From a virus: a stretch of 64,000 nt of DNA. How positions within the stretch are numbered: the stretch's first letter is position 1; each line of letters starts with the position of its first letter. A program made the position numbers and the translations under genes. Positions 1 to 11,000 of this stretch are shown here, piece after piece. Where the stretch lies: positions 1 to 64,000 of IMG/VR virus record IMGVR_UViG_3300033153_006243; one strand, written 5' to 3'. The notes beneath the pieces are model-generated. The model saw nothing but the letters and a program-made list of their open reading frames with translations, was not told the DNA's origin and did no database searches.

Positions 1-1
1 C

Positions 2-739
2 CAACAAGTTCCGAGGAGGGATGATGAGTTGAGCTTCGTCCGTAGGGCATTTATCCCTCGGAACGACTGGCTACTCGCCTGTGATCTAAGGGGGGCGGAG
101 ATTCGGTGGATAGCGATATATTCGGGGGATAAGGTTCTAATTAAGCAGCTGGAGGACGGGCGGGACCTACATGCATACTGGGCGAGTCGGCTATTCAAGA
201 AGGCGGAGAAGAAGGTGACTAAGGCGGAGAGGGATCTCGTAAAGAGCGAGTTCGTGTTCCCCCTTTTCTATGGTAGCTTCTATAAATCTATAGCCCCGCA
301 TCTTAGAATGGAAGAGAATCACGTTAGGGAAGTCGAGGAGGAATTCTGGGGGACCCTTTTGGGAGTGAGGGCGTGGCAGGAGAAGCTTCGGAACGACTAT
401 GAGAGGGATATGGGGATTAGGACGATATTCGGATTCCGTAGGCAGGCCCCGCTATCCCGCAGGCAGGTGTTTAATTCCCCCATTCAGTCTACCAGCTTTC
501 ATTTTCTACTTAGGCTTATTCCGATAATTCGGAATGAGATGGAGAGGCGGGGGTTGCGCTCTAGGATGATAGCGGAGATTCACGACGAGATTCTCTTCGA
601 CGCCTTCGATAGCGAGCTTGAGGAGATAATCTCAATCGGGAACGAGGCCATCGTACATCCACAGGTCCCCGATCAACCCGTAAGTATGGAGTGGGAATGG
701 AGCGTCGGAAAAAACTGGTTAGAGATGCAGGAGATTTGA
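2..739 (+). CDS. polA: DNA polymerase family A, C-terminal part (5' truncated by window)
   Basis: Frame open from base 2 (QQVPRR). Motif A DLRGAEIR, motif B-like K...FPLFYG, NSPIQST, motif C IHDEILFD. Confidence 0.93.
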   Translation, partial: QQVPRRDDELSFVRRAFIPRNDWLLACDLRGAEIRWIAIYSGDKVLIKQLEDGRDLHAYWASRLFKKAEKKVTKAERDLVKSEFVFPLFYGSFYKSIAPHLRMEENHVREVEEEFWGTLLGVRAWQEKLRNDYERDMGIRTIFGFRRQAPLSRRQVFNSPIQSTSFHFLLRLIPIIRNEMERRGLRSRMIAEIHDEILFDAFDSELEEIISIGNEAIVHPQVPDQPVSMEWEWSVGKNWLEMQEI

Positions 740-966
740 GGTATAATAAGACGGAGGGAGATAATAGGTGCTAGCACAGAGTATTTATATTCCAGCCCTT
801 GAAAGGGAAATCCGGGTTCCGGCGTATACCGTTGAGCAGGGGCTTGGGCGGCAGATGATATTAGTAGCTTGCGAAACCCGCGAGCAGGTTTTAGCGTTTC
901 TCGCAGATTGGAAGCAGAAGGACTTAGAGAAGTGGGAAAAGGCTAAGAAAGAATTAAGGGAATAAA

Positions 967-1881
967 ATGCTCTACCAGGAAGCTAGGCCGGATACCCTCG
1001 ATAAATTCTATGGGAATCGGGTGGCCGTGAATTCGGTGAAGAAGTATTTTGAGGGCGGGAAGTTTCCTAATGCTTGTCTATTCACCGGGCCGACGGGATG
1101 CGGAAAGACGACGCTTGCGCGGATATGCGCGAAGATGTTGGGATGCGGGGAGGTTGATCTTCTGGAGATGAACGCGGCGAATGTAAGGGGAATAGAGACG
1201 GCGAGGGAAGTATCGGAGAAGTCCCGCCTACTTCCGTTGAGCGGGGGGGCGCGGGTGTTCCTTTTTGACGAATCCCACCAACTAACTTCTGCTGCGCAGG
1301 AGGCCTTGCTTAAGGCGGTCGAGGATTCTCCGCCGGAATCCTACTTTATGTTCTGTTCGACGAGGCCAAACGCGCTGATTAAGACGTTACGCGGGAGGTG
1401 CGCCGTATTTTCCCTCGAACCCCTTAGCAATGATGTAATTACGAAGATGCTGAAGGACGTTGCGGAGGACTATAACCTATCCCTTACCGAGACTGCGGTC
1501 GAGGCGATAATGTTAGAGTCGAAGGGACTAGCGAGGACGGCCCTTGTATTTGCGGAGCAGTTGAATGGAATTACGGATGAGGATACGATAATCGAGACCG
1601 TCAGCCTTCCCGAAAAGGAAGAGCGGGACGCGATTGAGATAGCTAGGGCATTGGCGAAAGGGAGGAATGTATCTCAGGTTCAGGGATTGTATAAGAAACT
1701 TAAGGCGGTGGATGCGGAACGACTAAGGCGGCTTATCATGGCATACTTCAAAACGGTTGCTATCAATAATCCGCAGCCGGAAGCGCTAGGTAGGGCCTTA
1801 AGTATTTTGGAAACATTCTCAAGCAGGACCTATGTTGACGAGCCTACGCTTGTCTGGATGATAATGAAGGTCGCTAACTAA
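967..1881 (+). CDS. Clamp loader AAA+ ATPase, DnaX/RFC-like
   Basis: RPDTLD N-terminus, Walker A GPTGCGKTT, Walker B DESH, LLKAVE, LRGRC. Confidence 0.9.
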   Translation: MLYQEARPDTLDKFYGNRVAVNSVKKYFEGGKFPNACLFTGPTGCGKTTLARICAKMLGCGEVDLLEMNAANVRGIETAREVSEKSRLLPLSGGARVFLFDESHQLTSAAQEALLKAVEDSPPESYFMFCSTRPNALIKTLRGRCAVFSLEPLSNDVITKMLKDVAEDYNLSLTETAVEAIMLESKGLARTALVFAEQLNGITDEDTIIETVSLPEKEERDAIEIARALAKGRNVSQVQGLYKKLKAVDAERLRRLIMAYFKTVAINNPQPEALGRALSILETFSSRTYVDEPTLVWMIMKVAN

Positions 1882-1894
1882 GGAGGCGGCGGTT

Positions 1895-2848
1895 ATGGTA
1901 GATAGGACGAAGGATATTGACAAGGAAATCAAGGATGGGGATAATCAGTGGAGCGGGAGCTGGTTCCATCTGAGTAGAGAGGAACTTGAGGAGGTGGGGC
2001 TTGGTCTTTGGAAGCCGGAAGTGGGGACGAACTTTATTGTCATAGTCCCCCCTAACGAACCGGGGTATTTCGGCAAGAAGATTAACGTCCATTACGAGGT
2101 GGGGCCGAGTAAGAGCGCCTTCCTTTGCCGGAAACAGATGCTAGGGGAGGCGTGTCCGCTTTGCGAGGAGCGGGGGCGGGTGATTTCCAATGCTTCAGAG
2201 GACGAGAAGCCGGAGATTCCGAAGGCGCTGAAGTCTATTCCCTCCCGCTATATGTTCTGGATTCTGGATATGAAGGATGCGGAGACGATGGCGAAGGGCG
2301 TCCAGCTCTATATCGCCCCGCGGACAGTCAACGATAATCTCAAGACGCTCTGTATGAACAAGAGAACTGGAGAGGTTATCGACATCTCCAACCCGGAGAA
2401 CCACTTTAACGTTATGTTCACGCGAACGGGAAAGGGGCAATATGATACTAAATATATCTCGTTTGAGAAGGAACTTCGGGTAGCCGCGGATAAAGGCGAG
2501 AAGGCGTTAAAGGAGGACAAGGAACAGATCGACGAATATACCTCTGGACTTCCTAAATTTGAGGAGTTACTTATCTGGGCGGACTACGAGACTATCGAGG
2601 CGGAATACTTCGGCCCGAAGGGGCGCGGGGAATCCCCGGTTGAGACGACGGAAGAGCCGGAGGAACCGCAGGAAGCCAAACCCGAACGGAGGCGGGGACC
2701 GACGATACCGGATCGGGGCGCGGTTGAGATGGAGACTGCCCCGGTGGAATCCCCTCCTACGGAAGAGACGACGGTGGCCGCGCCAATGAGTATGCGGGAG
2801 AGGCTTGCAGAGATTAGGGCGAAGAGACTTAAGGATTTGGAGGGATAG
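1895..2848 (+). CDS. ssDNA-binding protein, T4 gp32-like
   Basis: H...C...CPLC zinc ligands, RTGKGQYDTKY, acidic tail; sits in the replication cluster. Confidence 0.75.
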   Translation: MVDRTKDIDKEIKDGDNQWSGSWFHLSREELEEVGLGLWKPEVGTNFIVIVPPNEPGYFGKKINVHYEVGPSKSAFLCRKQMLGEACPLCEERGRVISNASEDEKPEIPKALKSIPSRYMFWILDMKDAETMAKGVQLYIAPRTVNDNLKTLCMNKRTGEVIDISNPENHFNVMFTRTGKGQYDTKYISFEKELRVAADKGEKALKEDKEQIDEYTSGLPKFEELLIWADYETIEAEYFGPKGRGESPVETTEEPEEPQEAKPERRRGPTIPDRGAVEMETAPVESPPTEETTVAAPMSMRERLAEIRAKRLKDLEG

Positions 2849-2849
2849 G

Positions 2850-3368
2850 ATGCGGAATTCGCTACTTACGAAGATCCGGGGGGAACTTGCCAAGATAAAG
2901 GAGCGGGTCCCCATAGATATCTATGGCCTTCATGTTGCTTGCGCTGAGCAGGCAGAGATGTTCATGGAGACAAGCGAGTTTGCTACCGACTATGATAATC
3001 ATTACCGGAGAAGCAAGCTTGGACTTGACCTTGCCCAGTCGGAAGCGGAGAGGGAGATACGGAAGGAGCCGGGGAAGGTAGGGATTGAGAAGGTTACGGA
3101 ATCCGCCATAAAGGCGGCGGTAGTCCTCCATCCGAAGGTGACCGCGGCGAGGGAGGAACTGCTTGACGCGCAGCAAGCGGCGGACGTAGCGAAGCTGGCT
3201 TTGGAGACCCTTCGGGAACGGCGGCACATGCTTAAGGCGGAAGTTGATCTCTTTACTTCCCACTACTTTGAGGCTAAGGGTGTTGAGCCTAGTGAGGAGG
3301 TTAAGGAGCAGACGGAGAGGGATATAGCGAATCTAAGGGGGGAAGTAGGCCATAGGAGGCGATTCTAG
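2850..3368 (+). CDS. Recombination mediator, UvsY-like coiled coil
   Basis: Helical protein with KVTESAIKAAV, lying between SSB and RecA. Confidence 0.55.
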   Translation: MRNSLLTKIRGELAKIKERVPIDIYGLHVACAEQAEMFMETSEFATDYDNHYRRSKLGLDLAQSEAEREIRKEPGKVGIEKVTESAIKAAVVLHPKVTAAREELLDAQQAADVAKLALETLRERRHMLKAEVDLFTSHYFEAKGVEPSEEVKEQTERDIANLRGEVGHRRRF

Positions 3369-3456
3369 GGGCCTATGCGCCCCATGGCGGCACTTTAGGG
3401 CTTTGGGCGTATGATTTACCCTGTTTTAGACTTAGGGCCGTAGAAAGGGAAATAGG

Positions 3457-4464
3457 GTGGCGAAGAAAGCAACGTCGAAGAATATAATCAATAGCCTCGG
3501 AAGGAAGTCTTTGGCCCCAGTGACCCATTGGCTTTCGACGGGGAGTACCCTTCTTAACCTAGCGATCTCCGATAGGCCGGGGGGAGGGTTCCCTGCCGGA
3601 CGGATATCTCAGGTTTATGGCCCCAACTCGACGGCAAAGACAGTGCTAGCAATCGAGCCGCTAGGTTCTGCGCAGAGGCAGGGGGGCCGGGCGTTCTTTG
3701 AGGACGCGGAGTTCACCTTTGACGAAAATAGGGCAAGGAGCCTTTTCGGGGTGGACGTAGATTCCCCCGAATGGTCCTATAGAAACCCAACTTCTATCGA
3801 GGAGCTTTTCGATGCCAATATCTCGAAGGCAATCGAGACGATAGGAAAGAAGACCGACCATCCGCACTTTATGTCCGTTGATTCCCTCTCTTCCCTGCCG
3901 TCCGCCGCGGAGATTGGGAAGGACTTGGAGGATACGGGCTACGGGACGAGCAGGGCGAAACAGTTCTCTACGGCGTTCCGAAAGTACATCTGGCCGTTGA
4001 ACGCGGCGAATCTTGGGGTTCTCTTCGTTGACCAAAGCCGAATTAACATATCAGGGTATGGTGAGAAGCTGGTGACTTCTGGGGGAGAGGCGCTGAAGTT
4101 CTACGCCTCGGTGCGGGTGAAGGTAACCTTAGCGAAGAAGCTGATCAACAGGAATAAGATAGTCGAGGGTGTCCAGATACATTTCCAGGTCGTGAAGAAT
4201 AAGGTGGCGTCTCCGTTTAGGGAGGGGGACTTCCGATTCATCTTCGATTATGGGATAGATGATATTGGCTCGAACCTTGAATGGCTTAAGGAAGACGAGG
4301 GGGGATGGTATAAGTTCGGGGAACTAAAGGCTCAGGGCCTCGATAAGATGGTACGTCTTATCGAGAAGGAGGAGAAGGAGGCGGAGTTAGTAGAGGCGGT
4401 CGAGGATAAGTGGCGGGAGCTATATCCGCCATCGGATAGGAAGCCGAAGAAGAGGGAGACATGA
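3457..4464 (+). CDS. recA: RecA/UvsX-like recombinase
   Basis: LSTGSTLLN, GPNSTAKT, VDSLSSL, TSGGEALKFYASVR, KNKVASPFR. Confidence 0.95.
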   Translation: MAKKATSKNIINSLGRKSLAPVTHWLSTGSTLLNLAISDRPGGGFPAGRISQVYGPNSTAKTVLAIEPLGSAQRQGGRAFFEDAEFTFDENRARSLFGVDVDSPEWSYRNPTSIEELFDANISKAIETIGKKTDHPHFMSVDSLSSLPSAAEIGKDLEDTGYGTSRAKQFSTAFRKYIWPLNAANLGVLFVDQSRINISGYGEKLVTSGGEALKFYASVRVKVTLAKKLINRNKIVEGVQIHFQVVKNKVASPFREGDFRFIFDYGIDDIGSNLEWLKEDEGGWYKFGELKAQGLDKMVRLIEKEEKEAELVEAVEDKWRELYPPSDRKPKKRET

Positions 4465-4742
4465 GTGAGAACTTCAGTGATGGGGTCAAGGCGGTGCTGG
4501 ATGAGGCAATACAACGTATGTTTGAGCTAAGTTGTTATGTAACTGATTACGGGCATACGCATACTAAGGCTCTCCGTTCCGGCATCACCGAAATCAAGGA
4601 GGCGCTGGAGTTAGTCAAAGAACAGAGAGAAGCCCTTCAATACATTAGAAACGAGTTGGGCGTACCAACCGATGACTATCCTATATCCGTGGTAAATGCA
4701 TCACAGCGGGCATGGGAGGCGTTACAGGAGCCAGAACCATGA
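4461..4742 (+). CDS. Hypothetical protein; N-terminus paralogous to 13764-14183
   Basis: Shared MSENFSDGVKAVL and SGI.EIK.AL. Confidence 0.6.
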   Translation: MSENFSDGVKAVLDEAIQRMFELSCYVTDYGHTHTKALRSGITEIKEALELVKEQREALQYIRNELGVPTDDYPISVVNASQRAWEALQEPEP

Positions 4743-5477
4743 AGCGTAAGCCGTTGAGAACCCAAGGGGAACAAAATCTCAAACAGCTAATCTACTCGTT
4801 GATCGGCCCGTCGTACTGCCCTTTGTGCTTGAAGGAAATCCCCCAAGTAGACCCTTGCCCGTTTTTTCATGTCGAAGGATGTCTAAACGCTCCGCCACTA
4901 TATATTGAACGGTGGGAAAAGGCGACAGGGCGTACCTGGCCCAAGGAACAAGGGGTACTGTAGTGATCAAACTAGCTAAGGCAATCATTCTACCACAAAC
5001 GAAGGAAATCAGCCTCCATTTCCGATGTCTATCGGATGAGCTAACTGCCGAAGATACGCTGCTGCTGGATACAGTCGGACAGGCAATTGTCGGTATGAAG
5101 GATTGGAAGATTGTCATCGTCGAAGGTGATGGGAAAGATCCAGAGCTATTCGTCTCGTTCCCGGCGATGCTAGATGTCGAGATGGAAATCGTTGAAATCA
5201 TAGGGGCGGATAAGGAATAGGAGGCTCCCGATGCTTAAATCTGTAAGCGATATCTCTACCGAAAGGAAGAAATGGACATTGGTTGAGATAGATGGAGGGG
5301 AGGGGAAGCTTAGGCTCTTGCGTTCTATACCGAGCGCCTCCGTTCGGGGTATATCGTGGCAGACGGTAGCAGAATTCCCTGTCTGGCGCTGTCCTCCATT
5401 GGCTTTTGAGAAGGTGGATACATCAAGCCTTTCACCGGAGATGCGTGGGGTATTGGGGTTGGCGATAGAGGAGGGGA

Positions 5478-6095
5478 ATGATGCATCCATATCCTAAAAT
5501 TCACAGTATCTTTAGGCGGGATAAAGGGGGGAAATTTACCAAGGAGTTTGCTTGTCCAGAATTTGAATATCTAAGGGATAATGAGTGGATGTGGACGGAG
5601 AAGGTAGATGGGACTAACGTTCGCGTAATGTGGCACTGCGTGGCGGGTGAGGTTAGGTTCGGGGGGAGAACGGATAGGGCGCAGATGCCTACGTTCCTTA
5701 TTGCCCGGTTACAGGAACTATTTCCCCCGAAAAAGTTCGTGCGATATGATTATGATCTTTGCCTCTACGGCGAGGGATACGGTGCGGGGATTCAGAGGGG
5801 CGGGGGCAAATATAAGGCGGACGGGGTAGATTTCGTCCTCTTCGACGTAAAGGTCGGGGACTGGTGGCTTAGGCGGGAAGCTATTGAGGATATCGCTTCT
5901 TGGATTGGTATAATGGTAGTACCAATTATGGGCGAGGGAACCCTTAATGGTGCTTTAGATTGGGTTGAGGATGGCCTTGAATCAAGGTGGGGTGAATTTG
6001 AGGCCGAAGGATTGGTACTTAAGCCAAAGACGGAGCTTCGGGATAGGGCGGGACGGCGAATAATTACGAAGGTTAAGACGAAGGACTTCAAATGA
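5478..6095 (+). CDS. ATP-dependent RNA ligase family protein
   Basis: YPKI, motif I EKVDG, LYGEGYG, FVLFDV, EGLVLKP, TKVK. Confidence 0.85.
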   Translation: MMHPYPKIHSIFRRDKGGKFTKEFACPEFEYLRDNEWMWTEKVDGTNVRVMWHCVAGEVRFGGRTDRAQMPTFLIARLQELFPPKKFVRYDYDLCLYGEGYGAGIQRGGGKYKADGVDFVLFDVKVGDWWLRREAIEDIASWIGIMVVPIMGEGTLNGALDWVEDGLESRWGEFEAEGLVLKPKTELRDRAGRRIITKVKTKDFK

Positions 6096-6928
6096 AAGCG
6101 ATTCCGGGCGACGAAGAGACTAGGGCGGCTGCGCTAGTTAATAATGCTAGGATATTTATTGGTCTTGATCTCTCCTTGAACCACTGGGGAATGGTGGGAA
6201 TGAGTAGGGGCGGAACGGTCGAGTTCGTCGCCTTCATTTCCGAAAGAAAGAGGCCGGTTACGGTGCTTACCCAAATTAGAAGAAGAAAAGGATTTGCCTT
6301 TCCCATTACGACGATAGGGCACTACCCCAATAAACCGAAGGGGATGGCTTCGGAACAGTTTATCGCAGTTCGTAGGAGGGATATGCTTGGGTTGGTTCAA
6401 GCGGCGCAGGCAAGAGCACAAGTAACCGCGAGGACAGGAAGGGTTCTTTGGCAGGACGATAGCGAGAGGGTGCTGGCGATAGAGGGATACGCCTATAACG
6501 CAAGGTCCCGCTCGACTTACCAGATAGGGGAGCTGGGGGGAATGGTGAGGAATCTATTCTACGAGAGTGGGGCGGTGATTAAGGAATACGATCCGCAGAC
6601 CGTGAAGATGTGGGGAACGGGAAGGGGGAATGCGATAAAGAAGGACATGAGGGGTGCGGCGGTAGGGAGATTCGTACTTCCCGACTACCTATTTGAGGAG
6701 AAGAAGGAGGACCTAATAGGTCCGGGGACGGATTTGGTTGACGCTTTCTTCCTTGCGGACATGGCGAGGCAGGAATTCCTTTATCGTTCGGGGGAGAGGA
6801 GCTTCGATTCCCTGAGTGAACATCAGAGGAGGGCATTTAATCGAGTAACGAAGAGCAATCCTGTTCCGCCGGTGGCAAGACCTTTGGTTCATAGGAGTGA
6901 TGGTTGGAAAGGAGAAAAGGATGAGTAA
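6092..6928 (+). CDS. RuvC-like Holliday junction resolvase
   Basis: IGLDLSL, AIEGYAY, GELGG, K...TGRGNA.K, DLVDAF. Confidence 0.8.
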   Translation: MKAIPGDEETRAAALVNNARIFIGLDLSLNHWGMVGMSRGGTVEFVAFISERKRPVTVLTQIRRRKGFAFPITTIGHYPNKPKGMASEQFIAVRRRDMLGLVQAAQARAQVTARTGRVLWQDDSERVLAIEGYAYNARSRSTYQIGELGGMVRNLFYESGAVIKEYDPQTVKMWGTGRGNAIKKDMRGAAVGRFVLPDYLFEEKKEDLIGPGTDLVDAFFLADMARQEFLYRSGERSFDSLSEHQRRAFNRVTKSNPVPPVARPLVHRSDGWKGEKDE

Positions 6929-7201
6929 GAAGAAGCTTAGGCTATTTTATGAAAAGGAAGATGGGACGTTGGACCTAGAGATATTCCGGGGAGGAAGATG
7001 GATAATGTTTACTGAGGATTATGTAGCTGAATGTGATTGGGAACCGGATGATGATGCCGGATGGGATAGTACTGGAAAATATAATCTTCGGTCCTTCCAA
7101 TGGGCGAACAAGACGGTAGAGGAGACTGTAAGAACCCTCATCTCCGCCGGTCTCTGCAAGGTTCCCCGTTTACCGAAGAAAGTTAAGGAGGCCCTCGGAC
7201 T

Positions 7202-8302
7202 GTGAAGCTGAAATCCCTCGATCTCCTTAATTTCCAGAGCCATGAGGATACCTCCCTTAAGTTCTGCGGTGGCGTGAACGTCATTATCGGCGCATCTGAT
7301 TCCGGGAAATCGTCTATTTGCCGAGCGCTAAACTGGGTTAGGACGAATAGGCCGATGGGGGATTCGTTCATTACTAAGGGGAAAAAGGATACCAAAGTTA
7401 CGGTGGAGGTTGGGGAGTATAGGATAGTAAGGGCAAAGAAGGCAGGGCAGGGAGGGACTTATACTGTCGCTGGAAAGGAGTTCAAGGCACTGCGGGGGAA
7501 CGTGCCGGAGGAGGTTTCCGCACTACTTGGCAATAACGATATCCTCTATCAGCACCAGCTTGAGCCACACTACCTCGTAACCGATTCTGCGGGGAGGATG
7601 GCGGAAGCAGTGGGGAGGATAGTGGACCTTGAGAATCTTATGCGGGCGCGGAAGTGGACAGATTCCAGGGAACGCGAGGAGAGGAGGAATGTGGATGCGG
7701 CAAGGGAGGAGATCGGAGGGATTGACGAGCAGCTTAAGGCTGAGAGATTCGATAGGCTTGATGAGATTAGGGAGGCCGTCGATGCGTGGGGGGAGGATGA
7801 GGATTCCCATGAGAGGATAATGGTGGAGATGGATAGGCTTGCGGGATTGGTAGATTCCTTCTATGAAGTAGACGGGGCAATACGAAAGATGCCTTCCGAA
7901 AAGAAGATAGCCGGAATACGGAAATTGATGGGGGGAATTGAAAAGAGGCAGAGGCAGTGGGCTGCCGTCGATTCCGAAGCTAACGACCTATTGGGGTTAG
8001 TAAAGGCGGCAAAGGAATCCGAGGAGAGGCGGGGATTGCGGGGGAAGGTAGGCGAGGGGATATGGCGGACTGTAGAGCTTCAAAGTAGCGTTAGGGACTG
8101 GGGGATGCTTGCGGATAGGATAGGGGCGCTCGCCTCTCTAATAGGGCAGGTAGAGGAAATAGATATTGAGTACGGCGATCTCGCTGAGGGGATTCTCGAA
8201 TGTACGGGGACGGCGAGGTCGTTGCGGTCGAGGTTGACTAATTGTCCAATGTGTGGTTCGGAGTTGACTGAGGATATGAAGAGGAAAGTATTAGATGGAT
8301 AA
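7202..8302 (+). CDS. SbcC/Rad50-like ATPase, N-terminal half
   Basis: NFQSH, Walker A GASDSGKS, Q-loop, coiled coil ending in Zn-hook CPMC. Confidence 0.88.
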   Translation: MKLKSLDLLNFQSHEDTSLKFCGGVNVIIGASDSGKSSICRALNWVRTNRPMGDSFITKGKKDTKVTVEVGEYRIVRAKKAGQGGTYTVAGKEFKALRGNVPEEVSALLGNNDILYQHQLEPHYLVTDSAGRMAEAVGRIVDLENLMRARKWTDSREREERRNVDAAREEIGGIDEQLKAERFDRLDEIREAVDAWGEDEDSHERIMVEMDRLAGLVDSFYEVDGAIRKMPSEKKIAGIRKLMGGIEKRQRQWAAVDSEANDLLGLVKAAKESEERRGLRGKVGEGIWRTVELQSSVRDWGMLADRIGALASLIGQVEEIDIEYGDLAEGILECTGTARSLRSRLTNCPMCGSELTEDMKRKVLDG

Positions 8303-8584
8303 GCCTTTGAGATTAGAAATGTCGGTTCTTGCTTATCCAGAGTACGGCCAACCATTTACTAAGATGTTGATATTTCGGGAAGCGGCAACCCCAGAGAATT
8401 TTGTGAGTCTTGCGGATTGGTGGGCTTCGGGTGGATACGTTGCCCCTTCGGAGACATGGATGCCAACTAAATTTTGGCGTCCGTGGTTTCTTCGGATATG
8501 TATAGATGCTGGATTGGTTGAAGTGGAGGCCACATTGGATTTGTCCGTTCGTGTATGGCTTAGGAATCAAGGGATAGAGGTATA

Positions 8585-9535
8585 ATGAAACTAGCCCTTG
8601 TAGGTGATATGCATCTAACACTGACTCTCCCGAAGAGACGGAAGGACGATTACGTTCAGGCGATGCTGGGTAAGCTTGATGCGGTATTCAGAATCGCAGA
8701 GAAGTATAACTGTAACGGTATATTTCAGGCTGGGGATATGTTTCATTCTCCGAGGGAATCCCTTTACCTACTTGGACTTGTTATCGAGAAGATTTATGGC
8801 TGGCGTAGTCCGGGGGGAGAAGGATTTTCAAAATTCATTACAGTTTATGGACAGCACGATCTTTGGTTCCATTCATTGAAGAGCAAGGCTAAGACGCCGA
8901 TTGCCTTACTTGAGAAGGTGGGGGTTCTGGATGTAGCGAATACGGATTCTCCTATTTTCGTTTCGCTTGGGAATGATATTCCGGGAGCTTGGGTTTATGG
9001 GGCAAGCTGGGGCGAGGAGATTCCGAAATCAGATCCGAAAGAGGGAAGAGTGGAAGTCCTTATCGTCCATGCCCCAATAATGATCCAGCAGCTCTATCCG
9101 GGGCATAAGTTCAGGAACCCCGACGAGTTCAAGGGGAAAGGATTTGACCTGGTTCTCTGTGGGGACTATCATTATCGCTTCGAGCGAAGGGTGGGGGATA
9201 CCCTTGTAGTGAATCCGGGGGTAATGATGCGGCGAAGTATATCCGAGGCGGACGTAGAGCCCGCCGTAGCTATATATGATACCGAGACAAGGGAGGTCGA
9301 GTGGGTTCCGCTACCCGCTAAGCCGTTTGAGGAGGTATTCGACCTAAGCGATATGGCGGGGAAAGACGAGGAGCTTGATAAGGAGGAGCTTCTCGCGCTG
9401 ATAGAGTCGCTGAAGGAGACGGGCGTGGGTAAGGCGGACCCAAAGGAGATAATTTTGGAACTATGTAAAGAGGCGAAGGCATCCGATAGGGTGAGGGAGA
9501 TAATCGCTGAAGCGCTGGAGGCGGCTAATGTGTGA
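8585..9535 (+). CDS. SbcD/Mre11-like nuclease
   Basis: GDMH, AGDMFH, GQHD, GDYH, NPG metallophosphoesterase motifs. Confidence 0.9.
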   Translation: MKLALVGDMHLTLTLPKRRKDDYVQAMLGKLDAVFRIAEKYNCNGIFQAGDMFHSPRESLYLLGLVIEKIYGWRSPGGEGFSKFITVYGQHDLWFHSLKSKAKTPIALLEKVGVLDVANTDSPIFVSLGNDIPGAWVYGASWGEEIPKSDPKEGRVEVLIVHAPIMIQQLYPGHKFRNPDEFKGKGFDLVLCGDYHYRFERRVGDTLVVNPGVMMRRSISEADVEPAVAIYDTETREVEWVPLPAKPFEEVFDLSDMAGKDEELDKEELLALIESLKETGVGKADPKEIILELCKEAKASDRVREIIAEALEAANV

Positions 9536-9771
9536 TCTGTGTCGGGCGGTGGCGTCGCAGAGGTACGTAGGCTATGGGGATTTTATATTCATCCCGAAAT
9601 GCCGGACGTGCGGGGAGCCTATGCTAGTCTACAACCACCATGTCGCGGAGCTTTCCGAAGGAATTTATAGGCAATTCAAAGCGATAATCTCCTCTTACTT
9701 CCCCAATATGAAACCGAGGGGAATAGGGATGCGGTCGCTGAAGGATCACTGGCATGAGTATCTTACGAGGC

Positions 9772-9800
9772 TTGACAAAGGAGCGTGAATGTGGTATACT
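9772..9800 (+). promoter_or_regulatory. sigma70 promoter for HNH gene 1
   Basis: TTGACA-17 bp-TATACT with TG extension. Confidence 0.8.
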
Positions 9801-9832
9801 ATCAACATAATGAAACACGTTCCCCTCCACAT

Positions 9833-9909
9833 AAAAGCCCAAGGTTTGGGAAAGAGCAATCTCCCCACGGCTTACTGTTTGCCGATTGTGGCCTTGGGCT
9901 TTCTTCTTA
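9833..9909 (+). ncRNA. Structured leader / attenuator-like RNA (copy 1)
   Basis: AAGCCCAAGG...CCTTGGGCTT closing stem, inner CGGC/GCCG hairpin, T-rich tail; conserved at 11001. Confidence 0.6.
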
Positions 9910-9919
9910 CAGGTGTGTG

Positions 9920-10555
9920 ATGCCGGTGGCCAAAAACGGAAAGAAAACATGCAGTAAGTGTGGTGAAGAATTTCCTGGAAGCGTTGATTATTTCTATCGA
10001 GACCGGGAGAGGCTTGATGGCTTGAGTCATCGTTGTAAAAAGTGTGATAGTGCTCGTTGCGCTTTGTGGCGAACAAAGTATCCAGAAAAGCATTGTGCTA
10101 TTCAGAGGCGTTGGCGCAAGAAAAACCCGAAAAAAGCCCACGCTGTTGTTGTACGGGCTCGGCGGAAAAGTTGGGCTCTACATCCTTGGCGACTTCATCG
10201 ACACCGACTGAGAATAAGTATTTCCCGTCGGGTGTCTAGGGCTCTTGTTACGGGCAAAGCTGGGCAGTCTTGGGAAAAGCTTGTTGGGTACAGTCTTGAC
10301 GAGCTTCGCGCTCATCTACAAAGTTTATTCAAGCCTCAAATGACCTGGCAGAACTATGGGCAATGGGTCGTAGATCACGTCAGACCTATTGCAAGTTTTT
10401 CGTTCACCGGGTTAGACGATCCCGGATTTAAGGAATGTTGGGCGCTACACAACCTTCAGCCATTATGGGCAAGGGAGAACCTGCGTAAAAGCGCCACTTG
10501 GGATGGCCAAGGCGTGTTACCGTTTGCGTCAATTGATTTCGGGAGAGAGCTATGA
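9920..10555 (+). CDS. HNH endonuclease (MTWxNYG/NLQPLW type) with N-terminal zinc finger
   Basis: CSKC...CKKC; WVVDHVRP...NLQPLWAREN. ATG 9920 chosen because it follows the promoter and leader. Confidence 0.85.
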   Translation: MPVAKNGKKTCSKCGEEFPGSVDYFYRDRERLDGLSHRCKKCDSARCALWRTKYPEKHCAIQRRWRKKNPKKAHAVVVRARRKSWALHPWRLHRHRLRISISRRVSRALVTGKAGQSWEKLVGYSLDELRAHLQSLFKPQMTWQNYGQWVVDHVRPIASFSFTGLDDPGFKECWALHNLQPLWARENLRKSATWDGQGVLPFASIDFGREL

Positions 10556-10938
10556 AACTGCTAACAGAACGAGAAAAGGAAAGGAGAGGAAATCGTGAAC
10601 GAAACATATTTCATGCTGGACCCACGGGAGTCTTGTAGTATTTGTCATCATGTTAGTCGGGTTTACTTGCGGACGCGGGCCGAGAGAGGTATATGCTGGT
10701 TGGTCGCAGTGAGGGAAACGAAGGGCGGCTTCCATATTTCGCAGCACGAGTTCGGCAATCATTATAATCCGGCTATACTCGCCGCAAAGGGCACGCTTGT
10801 TTTCCTTAACGCCTTGCTCTTGGCCGAGGAGCTTGATTACTCGAAGCTGCCCTTCGACATACGCGATTCCTTGCGCGATGTCGGGCTCAAGATACCGGTA
10901 AGTGCAGAGGAGGTGCGCCAAGGTAGATGATAAACCTC

Positions 10939-10967
10939 TTGACATTAAGGTCGCAATGTGGTACAAT
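10939..10967 (+). promoter_or_regulatory. sigma70 promoter for HNH gene 2
   Basis: TTGACA-17 bp-TACAAT with TG extension. Confidence 0.8.
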
Positions 10968-11000
10968 CGATATATGATAAAGATAGTCCCGTCGATGCAC

